A stretch of 64,000 nucleotides of DNA from Macrostomum lignano (Eukaryota): assembly GCA_002269645.1 (NCBI GenBank), contig NIVC01000106.1, positions 310,001 to 374,000 on the forward strand. The letters run 5' to 3'. Position numbers and translations under genes: made by a program. The notes beneath the pieces were generated by a model. It was given only the letters and a program-made list of their open reading frames with translations, was not told the origin of the DNA and did no database searches. Of the stretch, positions 58,022 through 64,000 are shown one piece after another (positions within the stretch are counted from its first letter, which is position 1; every line of letters begins with the position of its first letter).

Positions 58022-58585
58022 ATGAGTACACCTGCGACAGCCCTGCGAGTGACCAATCTGGTCGGCGGCGTGGATCTGAGACTTGCTGGAGACAGGGGTG
58101 CCCAGTTGCCTCTGCGGGAACTGGCTCTCAGCATGGCTCATGTCATCTATCGCCCCGTCTGGCCCCGAGTGCTTATCAAGAGGATGCGGAGTCCCAGAGT
58201 GACTCTATTGCTCTATCCGACTGGACAACTGAGTATCTGTGGCGCCCGGAGCTACTCGGCCTCAGTCAGGGCCGCTCGTCGCTTCGTGGCTATGCTGCAT
58301 CGCAGAGTGCCTGCTCAACTGCTGCCTCATCAAACTGTGCATGTGCGGATTAAAACTTTTACTGCGCATGGGAAAATTGACTTGTGCAGAGCACTTCCCC
58401 TCGCTAATCTTGTGAACACTTTACCAAGTGCTCAATATGAGCCAGAGTCATTTTCTGCTTTGATCTGCAAACTAAGCTTCTGCAAATGCCTGCTTTTTCA
58501 CAATGGCTCATTCGTTCTCAGTGGTGCAAAAACAATGAGCATGCTAATTTCCGACTTTTCCTTGCTTGTCCGTTTTCTGTGCTAA
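58022..58585 (+). CDS. TATA-binding-protein-like protein (core saddle only, 187 aa)
   Basis: Repeat 1 VTNLV...YRPVWPRVLIKRMRSPRVTLLLYPTGQLSICGARS...AARRF; repeat 2 YEPESFSALIC...LLFHNGSFVLSGAK. Confidence 0.85.
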   Translation: MSTPATALRVTNLVGGVDLRLAGDRGAQLPLRELALSMAHVIYRPVWPRVLIKRMRSPRVTLLLYPTGQLSICGARSYSASVRAARRFVAMLHRRVPAQLLPHQTVHVRIKTFTAHGKIDLCRALPLANLVNTLPSAQYEPESFSALICKLSFCKCLLFHNGSFVLSGAKTMSMLISDFSLLVRFLC

Positions 58586-59302
58586 TAATAACCATATGTT
58601 TCAACAATTAAATAAAAAGACGACAGCTGAACAAAAATATAATAATCTTGCATGCATATACCACGTATTAAGATGCGTGCATTTTAATCAATATACCTGA
58701 AAATCAGACTTCGATCGACTTTTTCTTTATTTTATTAACTGAAATCGCAATATTAGTTTGAGTATAGAAAATTTAATCAGACCACAACCAACTCAAGAAA
58801 AAAAGCACACCCATCACTCAGATTATGCACTGCTAAGACAAATAAAAACGAACAAGAACTAGCAGAAATGAAAAAGGAAGCCAATATTTTTCAGATAATC
58901 ATTGGATAATGGTTACAAAAAATATGAGTAGCAAAGCTAGCAAAGATAAAAAAGGACAGTAACTCAGTTCATTCAATTGTGCAAAAATTCAAGGATAGTA
59001 AAAAAGAGGAAAGCCAGACCAATATGACGCAAATTATTCCAACATGGCTTTCACAAGTTCGTATTGAAATAAATCTGGAACAACTCAACTCGAAAATGTT
59101 ACGTTCAGTTAGTTGCTTAGAGACTACAAATATGTAACTAACTGAATTGGCTCTATTCGTTCCAGCATTGTCATTATCATCATCATCCATCATTATCATC
59201 ATCATCATCATTCAGATTAATTAAACCACTGAAACAATTCATGGAGTACATAAGTAAAAGTCAATAAATTTCAACGCCAAGGTTACACAGATGTGCAAAG
59301 CA

Positions 59303-60226
59303 TCACTCTAAGCAGTCCGCTGTCCTTTTCGGACTACCCCTGATTAACAGCTGAAAGTGGCCGAACGGAAGACTTGAATTCGAGCCAGTCCACGCTCGCT
59401 TGTCCTCCCAGATACTGAGAGCGAGCTTACGTTGCTCAATGGTGAAAACGCGATGTTTCTCACTTCCAATTCGACGAACAGTGAGCGACAGCTTTGAAGC
59501 CCCCTTGAAAATCTTGACGTAGTCGTCGTGGGAGACTTCATTCTTCAGCACGCTTCGTTGGATGCCTTTTGCTTTTGCTTTGCATGCCGCCGAGCTTTCA
59601 GCGAGGAAAGAATAGAGCTTGGGCCTTAGCAGCACCCACTCAATCTGTTGCAGTCCACCAGCTTCATCTTTAATGCAGCCTAGCTTGGCCTTTAGCCGAT
59701 TCGAGAAAGGAGGATGATTAGTGAGAAAATTGGAGGTGTCCAAGAGGCCTTCGGCATGCAGGATTGGCAGCACTTCTCTCTGCAAACTAAGGTTCTCTAA
59801 GCTCAAAAACAACGAGTCTGTATCGCCACCGCAAACTCGAACTCTTGCTCCATCACGGAATTCTAGCATGGGTTTTATTTTGTCATAGTAAAGTCGATAC
59901 ATGATGATCTTGGAGCGATCTAGAACACACTGCCCCATGAAAATTGGCCGATCAAGAGTTACTTCGCGCTTTTGAAGCTCAAAGATGCTGAGTGACGGCG
60001 TAATGATTGTGAATGATGCGACATTTGGTTGAGAAGAAACAGTCTTGGCTTTTTTCTTGTCACTGCACACTCTGATGTCCCGCCGCTTGCGCACGTTCTC
60101 CATTGTTTTGCCAAACAGGGAGTTATTTTTCAGTTTATAGAAATCCTTCTCGAAATCATTTTTCGCCATAGAGCGCTTCTCGCTATTCATCTTAATGTAG
60201 TCCGCGAAGACAGGTTCTTCGCTACA
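59303..60226 (-). pseudogene. C-terminal remnant of protein-primed DNA polymerase B
   Basis: KLKNNSLFGKT (motif B), GDTDSLF (motif C), LGCIKDE, LRPKLYS, KAKGI; motif A, exonuclease and terminal-protein parts are absent. Confidence 0.9.
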
Positions 60227-60486
60227 TTATTAGAAGCACAAGTTAAAGAAGGAGATTGCAAACCCAACCAGAATCAAACCCAATCTGCATTCACACCCAA
60301 GCACAGCTTGATCAACGCGCACTGCCTGCATAAATATGAACTTTAAAAATAGCAATGAGATGTTGAAAAGAAAAATAAACATTATTCACTTTTTCAATAT
60401 ACGGATAATCATGCATCTCGCAATTTAATTCAACACAAAATGTTGCTAAATTAATATTTAACGACTGGTACATTAGAATTATTAGT

Positions 60487-61398
60487 TTAGAATTGAGAAT
60501 TGCTCAGGCGAATACGGAAAGCCCCTCCCAAGTCAATCCAATATTCACCCGTAACACTGTTGGGCAGAACCAGCTGGATGCAGAGAGGTGCTGGCTGCTG
60601 CACTTCATTAGCGGCCGCAGGCTGAACCTCAGTCGGTGGCGGCGGTGGTGGAGGCGCAGGGCCCGAGTCCATATCGCGAATCACGTCGGACAGGCTGACT
60701 TCGACCGCAGGCTGAACCTCAGTCGGTGGCGGCGGTGGTGGAGGCGCAGGGCCCGAGTCCATATCGCGAATCACGTCGGACAGGCTGACTTCTGCCACCA
60801 TCCTGGCACGCTCCATATTTTTTCCGGGAACAGGGATTGCACGCCGCTGCTGCTGCTGTTGCATTTCTTGCTGCTCCTGTGCTTCAGGCTCACCATCGAG
60901 GTTCTCGAAGAAAGCGGTGTCCAGCTCATTCAGCTCGAAGTCAGGGGTGCCACCTCCATCAGCAGCATCAAGCAGGGGAGCTCCGACATCACCATCAAGT
61001 AGAGCAGCAGAAGCAGCAGCAGGCTGGGCGTTGGGCTGGTCACCAGTGTTCGTTGATCGGCCGCATAAGCTCGTGATAACTTGACTCAAAGTGCTCACCG
61101 GCTCTCGAATGCGTTCTGCCGCCCTGTTGCGTTCCTCTTGACGTGCAACTTCCAGAGCAGTAATGCGTGCCTGCTCGCGGTCCTCAGCAGAGCTCCAGTT
61201 AACAGTCGAATGATTTTTATGCCTTCTGATTTGGCCTCTAACGGTGAAGAGCTCAACGGACTGGCATTCATGGCATAGTAGCCATCGGGTGACACTGCAG
61301 CCTTCATTCGCTACATGGTGCTTTAGTCCACCGAGCATACTAATATTGCAGGTGACACACACCTCATGAACGTAGGATGGGCACCGAGAATGGCTCAT
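60487..61398 (-). CDS. 303-aa protein with Cys/His zinc-binding clusters, acidic/Gln-rich middle and a duplicated 30-aa Pro-rich unit
   Basis: CVTC...H and CHEC...H..H clusters; 90-bp direct repeat (60621/60711); TATA-like motifs near 61504-61538. Confidence 0.6.
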   Translation of the reverse strand: MSHSRCPSYVHEVCVTCNISMLGGLKHHVANEGCSVTRWLLCHECQSVELFTVRGQIRRHKNHSTVNWSSAEDREQARITALEVARQEERNRAAERIREPVSTLSQVITSLCGRSTNTGDQPNAQPAAASAALLDGDVGAPLLDAADGGGTPDFELNELDTAFFENLDGEPEAQEQQEMQQQQQRRAIPVPGKNMERARMVAEVSLSDVIRDMDSGPAPPPPPPPTEVQPAVEVSLSDVIRDMDSGPAPPPPPPPTEVQPAAANEVQQPAPLCIQLVLPNSVTGEYWIDLGGAFRIRLSNSQF

Positions 61399-62376
61399 GG
61401 TTTAAAATTTAATCAAGGGTTTTTTGTGAAAATTTGAAATTTCGAAGTCCGTTTAAATATCAACAAAATCTATTTTTAATGGCTCAGTAGAAGTTTTCAG
61501 TCCTTATATCCAAATCACCAGGCAATATCGCCTATATACACACACACAGATATGTTTACACGTTACATATGTGTATGCACTAATTATTTTCTTACCGTTA
61601 TTGAACGATAATAATAATAAAACTGATAACATTCCCCCCGTCGCGTGCATCAGATAGTTCTAAAGACCTCCACCCCAGACCTGCACCCCACTTCCCCGCG
61701 GCCAAATCAGCAGTATCAAGAAAAACAATAACAAGGCAATAAACGGCTCTTTGCAAGCTCACTTTCACAACAAATTCAGTCCAATTTGCGAGACTCGTAC
61801 TAAAGTGCGGAGGAACTCATGAACATAGGCCTATGTATTCCCACTGCCAACAAAGTTTAAATATTGTGGAGATCGGAAGCCAGGTTCGCCCAATTTTCAA
61901 TTAACTATGGCTAATGTACACTAGAGAAGTTTTTTACTATTTTTAGAGAGTCAGTTTTGGGCTTCCCAGGAACTTGTGCTGCTTTCCCCTGCGGCAGAGT
62001 CCACCAATCCATTTACATAGAGCTCTATTCGGCTTTTTTCATTGAAGATCGAGTAGTAGGAAAATGAAAAGCGTCAAATATTTCTTTTTTTTGTCTAATT
62101 AGCTTAATTACTTCTCAAAGGATAAAAACATTTTCATTTAAAATCTAGAAACTAGTATTCTTTTGAAATGTTTGAAATGTTATTTCAAATTCGTCCTTTC
62201 GTTTCTATAGAAATACGATAAAAGATCGAGAAAATTTCTCGAACCGAATTCCAGAATCGGATCGCGGTTTTGGAACCGACTATGAAAACGGAACAGACAA
62301 TATGAAAAGCTTCGAACCGATTCTGGTCCTGGAATCGGTCATATGAAAAGCCCGTATATTTCGCTCTCCGACCCCC

Positions 62377-64000
62377 CCCCATGGAAATTCCGTGGCTTTC
62401 CCTGCGGCAGAGTCCACCAATGCATTTACATAGGCGCTATGTTTACACACTATAGCCCCGTGGTTTTCCCACGGAAATTCCTGCGGCAGAGTCCACATTT
62501 CCCCTACTACTCTAGCACAATACTGTTCTGTCCGGCATGTGGAAAAGTATTTGCCCCGCCTTCGCTTACTCATACTGCACACAGACAAAGCTTATCTGTA
62601 TTAGCAATCTGTTCGTGGTGGTTTAGAAGGATACTGTCTTCCTGTATATAGCTCTCTATCCCTTCATCACTCGTAATAACTTCATAAATGCTCGCTTGAC
62701 CAATGGCTGGTACTGAACTAATAATTCATACGATACATAATGGTTAATACTTTCTAACTCCGTACAGCTCACAAGTTTCTACTCTCTACCTTAACAGTAA
62801 CATTAAAATAAAAAAGGTAAAATTTGCTGCTTTTGTGCCTTGTTTGCTTACTTTTCTATTAAAATACTTGCGGTTTATAATTGAAAATGTCTGCTTTTTA
62901 TTCAATTTTATGTGGTTTGAAGGTTTATTTTTGCTAAAATGCCTGGTTTCTTATAAAAATTTCTACTCTCGACAATGATTGTGTCAGCTATTTCATTAAA
63001 ATAACCTACTTTTTGAATAAAACGTTGTATTTAAGCCCCTAGTTTTTTCAAAACATAATGGAAACCCTCACAACGCCCTTGGAACCTCCTCAAGCAGCTT
63101 ACATAGAGCATGCAGACCCCGAAACCCCCTCTAGTGTGCCCTGATTTCAGCGGTCTGACGGTTAACATCTGTATTTTTACACTATATTTTCCTTCATACA
63201 GCAATACAGGAGGGTTTGGAAGAGTGAATCTGGCGGGAGAGGGGGCTTGTGGGGTGATGAGGATGCGTACACACAGTTTAGCCTGTTTTAGCCTACCTTT
63301 TGGGCTAATATACTTACTATTATTACTACCATTATACCTACTATGTACATACTATTATACTACCCACTATTAAATATGCTGCACTAAAACCAACTTTTGA
63401 TAATACATAGCGTGTTTTGGTCGATTCTCCCTCACGTCTCTGCGCCTACACATGTGCTCTGCTCGCTTTGTTCTCTGTTTGTGTACCTCTCTGTAACGTC
63501 TCTGTACGCTCAGACTGGTTTCTCCGTCCCCGCACGCACCTCTACTAAAGTTTGCTGTTACCTACCCCTACACACTGCTCTCTGTCTCCCTCCGCGCACA
63601 CCTCTCTGGCCTTGCATGCAACTTGCATGTCTACTCCCCTGTCCTGCCCTCGCGTGGGTCCCTGTCTATACATGGCTACCGGACCCTACCTCTCTGTGCC
63701 TTGCTCGGAACTCTGTCCCAGGCCCCCTTCACACTTCTCTGTCCCGGGCTGCAACTGGCTACACGCGCCTCTGTTCCCTGCCAGCGTGGCTGCCTACCCC
63801 TGCACACTGCTCTCTGTCCCTCCTATCCGCGCCTCTCTATCATCCTATTCCTGCAGCTGACCATGCCGTTCAGCTCTGTCCACGCACGGCTCCACCCCTG
63901 CCCGTGTCTCACTGTACCGCCCTGTGTGGCTCCCTTACCCTGCGCGTTTGCTTCCTATCTCCCTCCTGCTCCATATGTTTCTGTTCCCTCACACTACGCA
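62377..64000. repeat. Right TIR of the Polinton (runs off the window)
   Basis: Reverse complement of 50392-50525 joined directly to 44988-46476. Confidence 0.93.

Larger units (their letters stand above)
44050..64000. mobile_element. Polinton/Maverick element (left boundary approximate, right end outside the window)
   Basis: Integrase, penton, major capsid, adenain-like protease, FtsK-like ATPase and pPolB remnant between long inverted repeats. Confidence 0.93.

Noticed and set aside
60221-60235. Possible splice acceptor (CTAAT...TAG) that could join the polB remnant to an upstream exon
   Set aside because: The branch point is too close to the AG and no upstream polB sequence exists in the window.

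Overview
Eukaryotic (animal-like) genomic DNA with GT-AG introns, dominated by mobile elements; no prokaryotic operons or CRISPR. Left to right: three minus-strand exons of a USP5/USP13-type deubiquitinase (3' exons lie beyond the left edge). A 10.5-kb Ty3/gypsy LTR retrotransposon (5943-16442) with apparently identical 971-bp LTRs and a 4-bp TSD, inserted into a small ZnF-UBP-only copy of that gene; its single 2439-aa ORF has the unusual order Gag - gB-like Env - late domains - PR-RT-RNaseH-IN. An orphan NDUFAF6-like exon. A complete Mutator/Phantom-type DNA transposon (24481-30023, 9-bp TSD) with an intact spliced PHD-FLYWCH-MULE transposase. An ankyrin-array gene whose introns hold a Harbinger pseudogene, a BEL/Pao 5' fragment and a solo LTR. 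From about 44 kb to beyond the right edge, a Polinton/Maverick (integrase, penton, major capsid, protease, ATPase, pPolB remnant) that also encodes a TBP-like and a tandem PC4-like protein and carries a 3.9-kb foldback inside its left TIR. SINEs, MITEs and many satellites fill the gaps. All protein calls come from motif recognition by eye; no database search was run.
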